DNA of 29,562 bases, from the IMG/VR virus record IMGVR_UViG_3300012667_000814, positions 1-29,562 of that record; one strand, written 5' to 3'. Of this stretch, positions 7,966 through 15,636 are shown piece after piece. The DNA comes from a virus (Duplodnaviria; Caudoviricetes). The position numbers were made by a program, and so were the translations under genes. The notes beneath the pieces are model-generated. The model was not told the DNA's origin. It did not search any database and saw only the letters and a program-made list of their open reading frames with translations. Numbering within the stretch: the stretch's first letter is position 1; each line of letters opens with the position of its first letter.

Positions 7966-8146
7966 CCAGGTGTACGTTATAGTACTTCTTCAATATTGTT
8001 CGGATATCATATGCATACGACTGTGCAACGACATCCGCTACGCCTGCACTCTCTAACCGATGTGCGAGGAACGTCAACATATCTTTCGGTGTTGTTGCGA
8101 CGGGGTCATTGCATCCGCAGTCGCATCCTTCTTTGAATTTAGCCAT
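7949..8146 (-). CDS. hypothetical protein with CxCxC motif
   Basis: ATG 8146 in a TAATG overlap; MAKFKEGCDCGCND. Confidence 0.65.
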   Translation of the reverse strand: MAKFKEGCDCGCNDPVATTPKDMLTFLAHRLESAGVADVVAQSYAYDIRTILKKYYNVHLDGPSD

Positions 8147-8421
8147 TAGTTGTCCTCCGCTCTTAACATACCATGGTGTTCTCTTATCTGGTGGACTGCT
8201 AGAGTAGCTGCCCACGCGATGTCCTCATTCTCCCAATTAGCTATGCCAATCAGTGCAATCGTCGAGATGCATTCTTGCACCACCATCTCCGCAAACTTGC
8301 GATCGCGGATAACATCCCACTCCTTCATGCCAATGCCATGTTGTAGAATGTATTCATCTGCATACTGATCGGCTTGCTCGCCCATACGTATGATTCGGTC
8401 AATTATCTGATTTGTCGCCAT
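8146..8421 (-). CDS. MNER/FAELI/HFGVE paralog family protein
   Basis: RIIRMGEQA...RKFAEMVVQECI...IREHHG. Confidence 0.75.
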   Translation of the reverse strand: MATNQIIDRIIRMGEQADQYADEYILQHGIGMKEWDVIRDRKFAEMVVQECISTIALIGIANWENEDIAWAATLAVHQIREHHGMLRAEDN

Positions 8422-8743
8422 ACAATGCATTCCATCTTGCTTGGAGTTCTAAGAATTCTGGTGTCTTTAAGCTGACTTCTCTATATCCGCCATCTCCGCC
8501 CATGATGTCAGCACCGGCCATCATATTGAAGTGGCGTTTGATCAATTCATGTGCTTGACCGCGGCTAACCATGTCTCTCAACATCGGACTGAGTGCCACA
8601 CCACACTCCTCGACGATCAGCTGTGCAAATTTACGATCGTATGTTAGCGGATCCCATACCTTTTCGCCAGCACGTTGCCGACCATACTGCTCTGTAGCGT
8701 AGTCCATTGCTTGATTTGATAGCTTTGCGATAATATCTGTCAT
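8399..8743 (-). CDS. MNER/FAELI/HFGVE paralog family protein with C-terminal extension
   Basis: ATG 8743 (ATGA overlap); IAKLSNQA...RKFAQLIVEECG...IKRHF. Confidence 0.75.
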   Translation of the reverse strand: MTDIIAKLSNQAMDYATEQYGRQRAGEKVWDPLTYDRKFAQLIVEECGVALSPMLRDMVSRGQAHELIKRHFNMMAGADIMGGDGGYREVSLKTPEFLELQARWNALYGDKSDN

Positions 8744-9102
8744 GTTACTAGGTATATCAATAGAATGTATGTCAATGCGTGGAGGTATTGATCGAATCCG
8801 ACCGCCCACCAGAACTGTTCGTGTGTTGTTGGACCCCATCCCATCTTTTTATTGAGATTCATCTTTGCCCAATCGATATGGTAGTGTAGGACGAAGTCAA
8901 TCAATGCAAGGTAGTATGCTGCTAGTGGTGCATACCATGCAAAGCATGCCATTGTCGCACCTGCATGGCATGCAGCATGCAATACGCCGCCTGGATGCAA
9001 GTATGTTCCTTTGTTGCTCCATTGGAACTTAGTCTGTAGAGGAAAGTCTACGACAAAGTGCTTAGTGAATAACAAGAAGACCAACAACAGAGTATCGTTC
9101 AT
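8740..9102 (-). CDS. DUF3307-like His-rich membrane protein
   Basis: KHFVVDFPLQT, KG...GGVLHA..HA, HYHIDWAK and FWWAVGFDQYLH. Confidence 0.85.
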   Translation of the reverse strand: MNDTLLLVFLLFTKHFVVDFPLQTKFQWSNKGTYLHPGGVLHAACHAGATMACFAWYAPLAAYYLALIDFVLHYHIDWAKMNLNKKMGWGPTTHEQFWWAVGFDQYLHALTYILLIYLVT

Positions 9103-9386
9103 CCTAGGATCCCATGTGTGGGGTTAATATTGTATGCACGGAGGACGCGAGTGGGCGGATTTCCTTCTGCCACATAGTAATCGTCCTTCGTTCCTGGTAC
9201 TTTACGGATCAGCCAATCATCGATTAACCCGAACTGTTGCTTGAGATCGATGATGTGTGTTCTAGAGCGTACGTTCTCTGGTGTATTGACACCGTTACGT
9301 AACATCTTCAGTCCGATCACTTCAATTACGAAGCGGCCGATCGCCTCGCGCTGGGCATCCGTTAGTTCTGCTAGGTTAGCATTCAT
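9099..9386 (-). CDS. hypothetical protein (possibly a diverged paralog family member)
   Basis: MNANLAEL...IGRFVIEVI...LKQQFG. Confidence 0.6.
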   Translation of the reverse strand: MNANLAELTDAQREAIGRFVIEVIGLKMLRNGVNTPENVRSRTHIIDLKQQFGLIDDWLIRKVPGTKDDYYVAEGNPPTRVLRAYNINPTHGILG

Positions 9387-9648
9387 TGATATCATCCTTC
9401 TGTACTTTTTCAATCGTTACATTATAGTCTCGATTAATCAATACAGCAAGCACACCAATCAGCCGGGAAGTCGAAAGCGGATCCATGCTCAAAGTCACAG
9501 AAAGGCCGCTATCCGCGGTGACGTTCAGTTGGACGGTACCGGATTCGTTAATTCCGACCGTATAAGGAGCAGCGGAAGTATCGAGGCGGTCGCAGTCAAC
9601 ACTCTCATCACTCGAACCCTCAACGCCGGTTTTTTTAAAATCAATCAC
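9376..9648 (-). CDS. hypothetical protein
   Basis: 90-aa ORF with GGAGG RBS upstream. Confidence 0.65.
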   Translation of the reverse strand: MIDFKKTGVEGSSDESVDCDRLDTSAAPYTVGINESGTVQLNVTADSGLSVTLSMDPLSTSRLIGVLAVLINRDYNVTIEKVQKDDINEC

Positions 9649-9671
9649 AGTATGTTCCTCCGCACGCTCTA

Positions 9672-10073
9672 TTATTCAAAATCAACGCGAGAGCACGTCT
9701 TATCTTTAACCTTACGGTAACTAGCGATCACAAAGTTATTGCTAGGTTCATCCGAATGCTGATGAGCGTAGATCCTAGCTGCAACGACCGCCATAATCGT
9801 CGTAATAACGCCCATCACACTTCCGATGATAATCATAGGCGGCGTTACTGGGCCACCAAGGAACATCCACATAAAGATATCATAGAATCCTGCGAACACC
9901 ATTCCCGCGACAATCAATGCTAGGATCGATCCAAAGAACGCTAGTAGTGCGCCGCCAATCACTGCGCGTGTGTATGAGCAGATGTTGTTAAACTTATACT
10001 CATCATGACGAGACTCACCTACCATAGCCAGCTTGTAGTGCCAGCTGTTGCGTTTAAACGTATGTGCTTTCAT
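9672..10073 (-). CDS. two-TM phage membrane protein
   Basis: NSWHYKLA...NICSY..., two hydrophobic helices, ending KDKTC.RVDFE; GGAG RBS. Confidence 0.8.
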   Translation of the reverse strand: MKAHTFKRNSWHYKLAMVGESRHDEYKFNNICSYTRAVIGGALLAFFGSILALIVAGMVFAGFYDIFMWMFLGGPVTPPMIIIGSVMGVITTIMAVVAARIYAHQHSDEPSNNFVIASYRKVKDKTCSRVDFE

Positions 10074-10109
10074 ACCAACTCCATTCTATAATTTTCTGCC
10101 AACACGTTG

Positions 10110-10138
10110 ACTATACGGTGTACAACACAATAGGTCAA
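10110..10138 (-). promoter_or_regulatory. sigma70-type promoter
   Basis: TTGACC, 17-bp spacer, TATAGT. Confidence 0.65.
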
Positions 10139-10152
10139 CAGCTTGCGTGTAG

Positions 10153-10242
10153 TTAATCTTTGCGTGTGTCTGCAATGATCTTCAGTACGTAGATTATACC
10201 GACAATCACCAGTCCAAGCAAGAAGTATAATGGCTCACTCAT
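10153..10242 (-). CDS. 29-aa membrane peptide (not in the ORF track)
   Basis: MSEPLYFLLGLVIVGIIYVLKIIADTRKD; ATGA overlap. Confidence 0.5.
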   Translation of the reverse strand: MSEPLYFLLGLVIVGIIYVLKIIADTRKD

Positions 10243-10409
10243 TCCCAGTCCTTCTTTGCGCATACGAGAGATAGCATATTGTCCATTACAACCGCTTTCT
10301 TCTCTAATACCTGCCTACACTGTGCCATTGTGTTGAAACGCTGGATTACTTCGACGTCGTATGTTCCTGGCCCGCTAATCAATAGTGCTACTAATACGTA
10401 ATCCATCAT
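10239..10409 (-). CDS. small hypothetical protein (not in the ORF track)
   Basis: MMDYVLVALLISGPG...QC...LVCAKKDWE; ATGA overlaps at both ends. Confidence 0.6.
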   Translation of the reverse strand: MMDYVLVALLISGPGTYDVEVIQRFNTMAQCRQVLEKKAVVMDNMLSLVCAKKDWE

Positions 10410-10621
10410 TCAATTCCAAAATGTGCTTCAATGTCGTATATTAGCATAGAGAATGCTTCATCGACATTGTGTTGATCCTCGATAGCGAATTCTCTACGCA
10501 ATATCACTTTCGTAATGCATTGCTCGATAATCAACTCGGCAAACCGCTTAGTCACTGCCTTAGCATCGGGAGCAAATTCAATGTGAGCCTGCGCCAATAG
10601 TTGTTCATGTCGTTCGTTCAT
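10406..10621 (-). CDS. MNER/FAELI/HFGVE paralog family protein
   Basis: MNERHEQLLAQA...RFAELIIEQCI...IEAHFGIE; start set at ATG 10621. Confidence 0.8.
   Translation of the reverse strand: MNERHEQLLAQAHIEFAPDAKAVTKRFAELIIEQCITKVILRREFAIEDQHNVDEAFSMLIYDIEAHFGIE
10558..10621. repeat. 64-bp direct repeat, copy 1
   Basis: 63/64 identical to 11090-11153 by manual alignment; encodes MNERHEQLLAQAHIEFAPDAK. Confidence 0.9.
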
Positions 10622-10871
10622 TTTGTACCAATCTATATCTGTATTCACCGAGAGCGATACAACGTTTCCGTAGCCTTTGAGCTAGGTCACGATGATGTAT
10701 CTCCCAGTTTTTCTCGCCGATGTCATGTAAAGCCACGAATCCTTTTTGAATTTGTTCCAAATCATCATTGGTTTCTTCCCATGTTGGCATTCTCATACCA
10801 CCACAATTAACTGGATCAGAACAATGATATAGACCCGTGCGCCTACAATCGTCACATCTTTCTAGAGTCAT
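10605..10871 (-). CDS. hypothetical protein with N-terminal Cys/His zinc-finger-like motif
   Basis: CDDC...HCSDPVNCGGM. Confidence 0.7.
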   Translation of the reverse strand: MTLERCDDCRRTGLYHCSDPVNCGGMRMPTWEETNDDLEQIQKGFVALHDIGEKNWEIHHRDLAQRLRKRCIALGEYRYRLVQNERTT

Positions 10872-11022
10872 TTAGTTGTTCCCGTACCATTCGGTTGTGA
10901 TCATTCACTTTCCAACCTTCCATCTCCACGATCTTATGATAGCCAGCGTTCTGAATCTTTACCAGAATCGGATATGTTTTGTTGGGTTCATAGCTTTCGT
11001 GTATCTTACGATTGGGACTCAC
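10852..11022 (-). CDS. hypothetical protein
   Basis: Probable GTG start at 11022 overlapping the TGA of the upstream ORF. Confidence 0.5.
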   Translation of the reverse strand: MSPNRKIHESYEPNKTYPILVKIQNAGYHKIVEMEGWKVNDHNRMVREQLNDSRKM

Positions 11023-11153
11023 TTTGTTTCCTCGAAGTTCTCTAGGTCCATGTCCGTCACTTCGCACCACACTTTGTTGGGGTCTTCTACCTTAGCATCG
11101 GGAGCAAATTCAATGTGAGCCTGCGCCAATAGTTGTTCATGTCGTTCATTCAT
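11019..11153 (-). CDS. truncated or chimeric paralog family member, 44 aa (not in the ORF track)
   Basis: MNERHEQLLAQAHIEFAPDAKVEDPNKVWCEVTDMDLENFEETK; shares its first 21 codons with 10406-10621. Confidence 0.6.
   Translation of the reverse strand: MNERHEQLLAQAHIEFAPDAKVEDPNKVWCEVTDMDLENFEETK
11090..11153. repeat. 64-bp direct repeat, copy 2
   Basis: 63/64 identical to 10558-10621. Confidence 0.9.
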
Positions 11154-11320
11154 AGTTTATTGCCCAATGCTTTCATCCATCGAATCTCCTTGTCCACGAT
11201 CTTGATCGCTTCCACCTTACGTTTCTTTGTTCCCTCATAGGCTGGACCAAAGTCGATCTCTGGATCTGGGATTAGTTCCTTCAGAGCGTCTCTTACTTTG
11301 TATAGGTTTTCAAGCGTCAT
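11150..11320 (-). CDS. small hypothetical protein (not in the ORF track)
   Basis: MTLENLYKVRDALKELIPDP...; ATGA overlaps at both ends. Confidence 0.65.
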   Translation of the reverse strand: MTLENLYKVRDALKELIPDPEIDFGPAYEGTKKRKVEAIKIVDKEIRWMKALGNKL

Positions 11321-11577
11321 TCTTCAACTCCGAAATGTAATACACCGTCTGTGCCGTTGTCAAAGTGTTGTTCAATACGCTGGGCATAATGGTCACCTTC
11401 TTTGGTACCATCCATCACAGCCTTAACACATTCAAACACAATCAACTCGGCGAACTTTTCCAAGTCTTCCGAACCATCCATATCAATATCTTCGTACTCG
11501 TACTCGACACCATCAATAACCAAGGGGATAATTTTAATACCAGCCTTGTTAGCAAGTTCTCGAATTCGTTCGTTCAT
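11317..11577 (-). CDS. MNER/FAELI/HFGVE paralog family protein
   Basis: MNERIRELANKAG...LEKFAELIVFECV...LHFGVEE. Confidence 0.85.
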   Translation of the reverse strand: MNERIRELANKAGIKIIPLVIDGVEYEYEDIDMDGSEDLEKFAELIVFECVKAVMDGTKEGDHYAQRIEQHFDNGTDGVLHFGVEE

Positions 11578-11882
11578 ACATTACCCAATCCTATTCTACT
11601 ATAGCCCAACTTGCTCTTAATCTCTTTACGGTCTTTGTTCTTTTCTGATTTCCACGCTCTTGGATCAACTGTTTCGCCAGTAAGGACATAACGAAAGTCT
11701 GGGTCGTACACCATGCGACCTGACAAGTGCCATAGTGGTTCGCCGTTATACGGAAAAATACAACCGCGGCACATACACCAACTCCAGCCTTTATCCGTCA
11801 TTACATTGCCATTGACTGTGCCCACATACTTGACCACATTACCTTTGTGCATTTCTCTGACGGCTTCGTGGTAGTCAATCAT
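11574..11882 (-). CDS. hypothetical protein
   Basis: 102-aa ORF with AAGGAG RBS. Confidence 0.75.
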   Translation of the reverse strand: MIDYHEAVREMHKGNVVKYVGTVNGNVMTDKGWSWCMCRGCIFPYNGEPLWHLSGRMVYDPDFRYVLTGETVDPRAWKSEKNKDRKEIKSKLGYSRIGLGNV

Positions 11883-11893
11883 TGTTCAACTCC

Positions 11894-12232
11894 TTAAAAC
11901 GGGATATCATCATCCATATCATCAAACACTACAGGTTTCGGTTTTGGTGCAACGTAGTCGGGGTTGTGGAAGTTTTCAAATACTGTTTCATATCCTCTAT
12001 CCCAGTTGCCACTACTTCGTAGTCTGTCTTGATTATCAGACAAAATTTCTACCTTGTCTAGGCTTGTATAGTCTCCAGATGGGCATCCCCAGACAGTCAC
12101 ACAACCATCTGTATATGTTCCGTCCCATCTTCCGTTGATTACTGCAAATTCAAAATGACCAGGGCGGTGTTCCTGCTTGACATTAACGAGCAGGCTCGGC
12201 TTACCGTCAGTACCCAGCATTAGTCTCATCAC
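11894..12232 (-). CDS. hypothetical protein with acidic DDDIPF tail
   Basis: 112-aa ORF ending DMDDDIPF (SSB-like tail motif). Confidence 0.75.
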   Translation of the reverse strand: MMRLMLGTDGKPSLLVNVKQEHRPGHFEFAVINGRWDGTYTDGCVTVWGCPSGDYTSLDKVEILSDNQDRLRSSGNWDRGYETVFENFHNPDYVAPKPKPVVFDDMDDDIPF

Positions 12233-12471
12233 TCAACTCCGAAATGTAGTTTAACGATTGCTACCTTACCGTATAGTAAATCCAGCCCATCTACGCCACC
12301 CATAAAGGAAGGCGCATATGCTTCGTGATACTGCGTAGGCTTAAACTGCTCAATGCATTGATTAACTACATCTAGCGCAAACGCTTCTAACCACTGCTCT
12401 TTTGTATATGAGCATTCTGTAGGCTGACTATCAATAGCGCGCTGCACTAGAGCTTTGATGTTTGTATTCAT
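12229..12471 (-). CDS. MNER/FAELI/HFGVE paralog family protein
   Basis: MNTNIKALVQRA...LEAFALDVVNQCI...VKLHFGVE. Confidence 0.8.
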   Translation of the reverse strand: MNTNIKALVQRAIDSQPTECSYTKEQWLEAFALDVVNQCIEQFKPTQYHEAYAPSFMGGVDGLDLLYGKVAIVKLHFGVE

Positions 12472-12608
12472 TACTTTCTCCGGTAGATTTCAGCTATCGC
12501 CTTCTCGTACGCTTCATCTGACTTACGCGACACAATCACCATCCATACACAGATACCGATATTACAAGTGACCATCAGCCCTAGCATCACATATAGGAAT
12601 GCATTCAT
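12471..12608 (-). CDS. small single-TM membrane protein (not in the ORF track)
   Basis: MNAFLYVMLGLMVTCNIGICVWMVIVSRK...; TAATG overlaps. Confidence 0.6.
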   Translation of the reverse strand: MNAFLYVMLGLMVTCNIGICVWMVIVSRKSDEAYEKAIAEIYRRK

Positions 12609-12835
12609 TATTCTACTCCGAAATGTTTCCGCACTCTCTTAGAGCATTCAGATACAACATATCCATTATGCTCTAGTTCCGATACAGTCCAGCACTGTGC
12701 AATGCATTGTTCGATCAACATCTCAGCAAACGCATCAATCGCTTTGCCTAGCTGGTGTTCATTCAACTGGGTGTATGTTTCTGGTACTGCTTTGTCTAAT
12801 GCAGCATACCACACCTGCTTAATGTTCTCATTCAT
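12608..12835 (-). CDS. MNER/FAELI/HFGVE paralog family protein
   Basis: MNENIKQVWYAA...AFAEMLIEQCI...VRKHFGVE. Confidence 0.8.
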   Translation of the reverse strand: MNENIKQVWYAALDKAVPETYTQLNEHQLGKAIDAFAEMLIEQCIAQCWTVSELEHNGYVVSECSKRVRKHFGVE

Positions 12836-12989
12836 CCTTCACCTCATACCAATATGTGTACGAGTCATCCTCGCCGAAATCATCTTCTTTCTTTGCGTGA
12901 TGCTCACAATATGGGTGATCCCCCGCAAATTGCGTTGACCGGACCCACTCAGCAGGCGCGCCGCATACTAGACATACTTCTTTAGTCAT
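12828..12989 (-). CDS. small zinc-finger-like protein
   Basis: CLVCG.PA.WVR.TQFAG.HPYCEHHA; start set at ATG 12989. Confidence 0.7.
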   Translation of the reverse strand: MTKEVCLVCGAPAEWVRSTQFAGDHPYCEHHAKKEDDFGEDDSYTYWYEVKDE

Positions 12990-12993
12990 ACCC

Positions 12994-13179
12994 TTATCCT
13001 TTTGTATCATCAAACGTCTCAACCTCTTTCCACCGCGTCCATTCTAGCTTCTGCATAGGCGGAAACACATATCCCCCGGGATCTTGTGCATAGACGGTCG
13101 CATCTACTTGCTGGCGGTATTCCAGCACCTTTTCTGGACCGTCCCACCCATTACAGATTCTCCAGCGCATCTCTACCAT
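12994..13179 (-). CDS. hypothetical protein
   Basis: MVEMRW...EKVLEYRQ...WTRWKEV. Confidence 0.65.
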   Translation of the reverse strand: MVEMRWRICNGWDGPEKVLEYRQQVDATVYAQDPGGYVFPPMQKLEWTRWKEVETFDDTKG

Positions 13180-13345
13180 ATTTTACCTTCGTGTTTTTTT
13201 CAATATTTTTTCCGCAGAAAAATTTTACGATCCCGCGGGCGCGGTGTTTTATTCGTGTTTTTTTGCCTTCCGATTCCTGCACACGTACCTTTAAATACCT
13301 GCCGCTATGGCACCGAATCCTGAAATTGCCCCCCCGCCCTGTTTA
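13180..13345. other. non-coding element (left boundary of the early island) with A/T tracts, CGTGTTTT repeats and a C7-G-C3 run
   Basis: No credible ORF; CGTGTTTT at 13190 and 13254, CGGTGTTTT at 13242, CCCGCGGG palindrome, C run at 13329-13339. Confidence 0.55.
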
Positions 13346-13531
13346 TTAGGCACCGTAGTAGGCTTCGGTGGGCTCGGCGGTCAGCTTGTGGGCGAGGTTG
13401 AAAGCCATCATCGTGTACTGATAAGCCAAGCCCCTCTGACTGGCCGGCAGTTGACGGATCTGCTCGTCTAACGCCTCCAATGACTCGGGGGTGGCGAATA
13501 GGCTGCTATATGGGATGGGTGTTGTATTCAT
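13346..13531 (-). CDS. hypothetical early protein
   Basis: MNTTPIPYSSLFATPES...MMAFNLAHKL; AGGAG upstream. Confidence 0.7.
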   Translation of the reverse strand: MNTTPIPYSSLFATPESLEALDEQIRQLPASQRGLAYQYTMMAFNLAHKLTAEPTEAYYGA

Positions 13532-13558
13532 ATCTACATTATCTCCTAGTCCAAACAA

Positions 13559-13747
13559 TTAGGCTACTCGCTCAATGTGCGCTCTCCAGTAGCATTCAGC
13601 GCTTCCGCTATCCGCCCGGGCCTTATACGCCTGCGCTTCTTCTAGCGTCGTAAAGAACTTGGTATCTCTGTCGTCTACTCTCTGTACCCCGCAGTCATAC
13701 TCCGTCACCGTCACTTTATAGAGGCCGCTTACTTTTACTTCAGACAT
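13559..13747 (-). CDS. hypothetical early protein
   Basis: 62 aa with AAGGAG RBS; F.TLEEA motif. Confidence 0.75.
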   Translation of the reverse strand: MSEVKVSGLYKVTVTEYDCGVQRVDDRDTKFFTTLEEAQAYKARADSGSAECYWRAHIERVA

Positions 13748-13757
13748 ACGCTTCTCC

Positions 13758-14036
13758 TTACTTTAATTTCCACACCTGAACTTCGCCGTAGAAGATGGTG
13801 ATTGCAAACCCGCGGACATTTGCGTTGCTAGGACGACGAAAGCCGAACATCTTAGCACCCTTAGCAGCATCCACGTTCCAGCCGATCAGGTCCATTGCCA
13901 GGAAGAATATGATGAATGCAATGCTCACCGGCCATACGAGTGCCAATACGAATACGACACGGACATTCTCATGTGGGACGCGAACAGCAAACATGCCGAC
14001 CACTGCGAGTGCAAATAAAAGATAGATTGTAATCAT
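13758..14036 (-). CDS. membrane protein
   Basis: Two hydrophobic segments including ALVWP; ATGA overlap. Confidence 0.7.
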   Translation of the reverse strand: MITIYLLFALAVVGMFAVRVPHENVRVVFVLALVWPVSIAFIIFFLAMDLIGWNVDAAKGAKMFGFRRPSNANVRGFAITIFYGEVQVWKLK

Positions 14037-14212
14037 TCCAATTCTCCCAAGTACTCGTCTTCGAACTTAATTACGTCCGAAATCATCTCCATTGCTGTGC
14101 TAATCGTCATTGACGGATAATCGCACGTCAGCGCATACGCAATCTCATTGATCGCTACGCCCTGCTCTAAACCATCGGTTATCGTGCCGAACACGTCTGA
14201 CATTACACTCAT
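14033..14212 (-). CDS. small hypothetical protein (not in the ORF track)
   Basis: MSVMSDVFGTITDGLEQG...; ATGA overlaps at both ends. Confidence 0.6.
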   Translation of the reverse strand: MSVMSDVFGTITDGLEQGVAINEIAYALTCDYPSMTISTAMEMISDVIKFEDEYLGELE

Positions 14213-14361
14213 CTTTCAACTCCATATTTGGCAAGTTCTTCAAATGTATCGATTGTGCCGTCTTCAATCAAGACGATCAAGCAATCAAACTCGTCACGCT
14301 CGCTATTAGCAAAGACTTCGTCCTGCTTCTCGTAGGCAAGGGCTAGTAGCTGTTCTCTCAT
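14209..14361 (-). CDS. small acidic protein (not in the ORF track)
   Basis: MREQLLALAYEKQDE...LAKYGVER; ATGA overlaps. Confidence 0.6.
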   Translation of the reverse strand: MREQLLALAYEKQDEVFANSERDEFDCLIVLIEDGTIDTFEELAKYGVER

Positions 14362-14534
14362 TCAATGCCCCTCAAAACATTCTCAATCTTCTGCATCATC
14401 TCAGCATCAATTCTGATGTGATTGGTCTTCCTGCCCTGCGAACTGATCAACAGGTCGAACCCGTACGGATAGTTCTCATTCTCCAGCGGCAGCGGAGCGA
14501 CCTTGAACATCTGAGCATCAATATAGCTTTCCAT
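14358..14534 (-). CDS. small hypothetical protein (not in the ORF track)
   Basis: MESYIDAQMFKVAPLP...; TAATG overlap and GAGGAG RBS. Confidence 0.6.
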   Translation of the reverse strand: MESYIDAQMFKVAPLPLENENYPYGFDLLISSQGRKTNHIRIDAEMMQKIENVLRGIE

Positions 14535-14659
14535 TACACCAACTCCTCTTGTTTCTCATTGACCATTGTGCCGCCGTACGCTTGCAAGTACGTCTCAGCG
14601 ACCGCTTTGATGAAGAATGTGAAGACCTTGCCAGTCTTTGTGATTACGATGTACTTCAT
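14534..14659 (-). CDS. small hypothetical protein (not in the ORF track)
   Basis: MKYIVITKTGKVFTFFIKAVAETYLQAYGG...; ATGA overlap. Confidence 0.6.
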   Translation of the reverse strand: MKYIVITKTGKVFTFFIKAVAETYLQAYGGTMVNEKQEELV

Positions 14660-14862
14660 TTGACGAAATCGAATGCTGCTTCGTTACCGATCTTGCACAT
14701 CACAACACCACACTTCAATGCTTCGATCAATGCTGTCTCAATCTTAGCAGCTTGATGTGAATCACACTCAACAAACAACGTACCTGCATAGAAACTAGCC
14801 TTACCCTTGGTAACTGTCTCGACTGCTGCCTGTGCAGCTGCTTCAAACTCAAACTTGTTCAT
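14656..14862 (-). CDS. hypothetical early protein
   Basis: First gene after cassette P1; AAGGAG RBS. Confidence 0.8.
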   Translation of the reverse strand: MNKFEFEAAAQAAVETVTKGKASFYAGTLFVECDSHQAAKIETALIEALKCGVVMCKIGNEAAFDFVK

Positions 14863-14952
14863 CGTGTTCTCCTTAGTATGACTCTATTATAAGGCAGATT
14901 TGGTCTTTGGACAACAAAAAACCCGAATAAGCTTCAAACCTATCCGGGTATT
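14863..14952 (-). promoter_or_regulatory. repeated early promoter cassette P1 (27-bp box, -35/-10, AGAGTCAT, RBS)
   Basis: Box 14926-14952; 11-bp gap; TTGTCC (14914-14909), 17 bp, TATAAT (14891-14886), then AGAGTCATACTAAGGAG. Confidence 0.85.
14916..14949 (-). terminator. probable rho-independent terminator overlapping the P1 box
   Basis: ACCCGGATAG-(9-nt loop)-TTATTCGGGT followed by a T tract (two G-U pairs). Confidence 0.6.
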
Positions 14953-14983
14953 AATGAGACACACAAGTGTCACTAGGAGAAAC

Positions 14984-15376
14984 TTATTGGGAAGCCTTCT
15001 TAGCATTGTAGAAGTACGTGGTTGCCCCAGCGAGAGACATGCCAAGACCGTTCTGCAGCTCGTTCAACACCTGAACTTTGTTGCCTTCCAGACGTTGGTA
15101 GATCTGCAGAGCGAGTTCGCCCTTGGTAGGAGACGCACCAACACGCTTAGCCTTCTTAGCAGACGCCTTTGCAGGAGTAGCTTTCACGTCTTTAGTCAGA
15201 ACTTCAGTCATATTTGCGATTACGTTTGATGGCATTTTCTTTTTTCCTTTAGGTTGAGGGTATCCGGGGTATGTTCCTGTGCCGACTGCCCGTTTGGGGT
15301 CTAGCAACCAGTCGTTATAATGACGGAGACGCTTCGCGCCTTCGCTCTCATCAACAGTGACTATGCTTTTCTTCAT
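14984..15376 (-). CDS. basic protein with a putative C-terminal HTH-like domain
   Basis: K/A-rich linker then TKGELALQIY...LGMSLAGATTYFYNAKK; similar to the C-terminus of 24604-25137. Confidence 0.8.
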   Translation of the reverse strand: MKKSIVTVDESEGAKRLRHYNDWLLDPKRAVGTGTYPGYPQPKGKKKMPSNVIANMTEVLTKDVKATPAKASAKKAKRVGASPTKGELALQIYQRLEGNKVQVLNELQNGLGMSLAGATTYFYNAKKASQ

Positions 15377-15555
15377 TAGTACTTGCCGTTCTTACGTGAG
15401 AATGTCGCGAACATACGCTCGCCTTCCTCTGGGATACGCATTTTCGCACCGCAGAAGCCTTCTCCACGCATCCAAGCCTTACGCTTGACCTTCTTCTCAG
15501 GGTAGACATTGACCGTCACGCCTTGCTCATTCACATATGATCGAACTGCTTTCAT
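15376..15555 (-). CDS. small basic early protein (not in the ORF track)
   Basis: MKAVRSYVNEQGVTVNVYPEKKVKR...; follows the P2 RBS; TAATG overlap. Confidence 0.75.
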   Translation of the reverse strand: MKAVRSYVNEQGVTVNVYPEKKVKRKAWMRGEGFCGAKMRIPEEGERMFATFSRKNGKY

Positions 15556-15636
15556 TGTGTTCTCCTTAGTATGACTCTATTATAAGGCATTTTGGACTTT
15601 TGGTCAACGAATACCCGACTAGATTGTAAGCTTATG
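15556..15636 (-). promoter_or_regulatory. repeated early promoter cassette P2
   Basis: Box 15610-15636; 2-bp gap; TTGACC (15607-15602), 17 bp, TATAAT (15584-15579), then AGAGTCATACTAAGGAG. Confidence 0.85.

Noticed and set aside
14958-14973. GACAC-ACAA-GTGTC palindrome as a matS-like site
   Set aside because: Spacing and sequence do not fit GTGAC-N3-GTCAC, and it is a single short copy.
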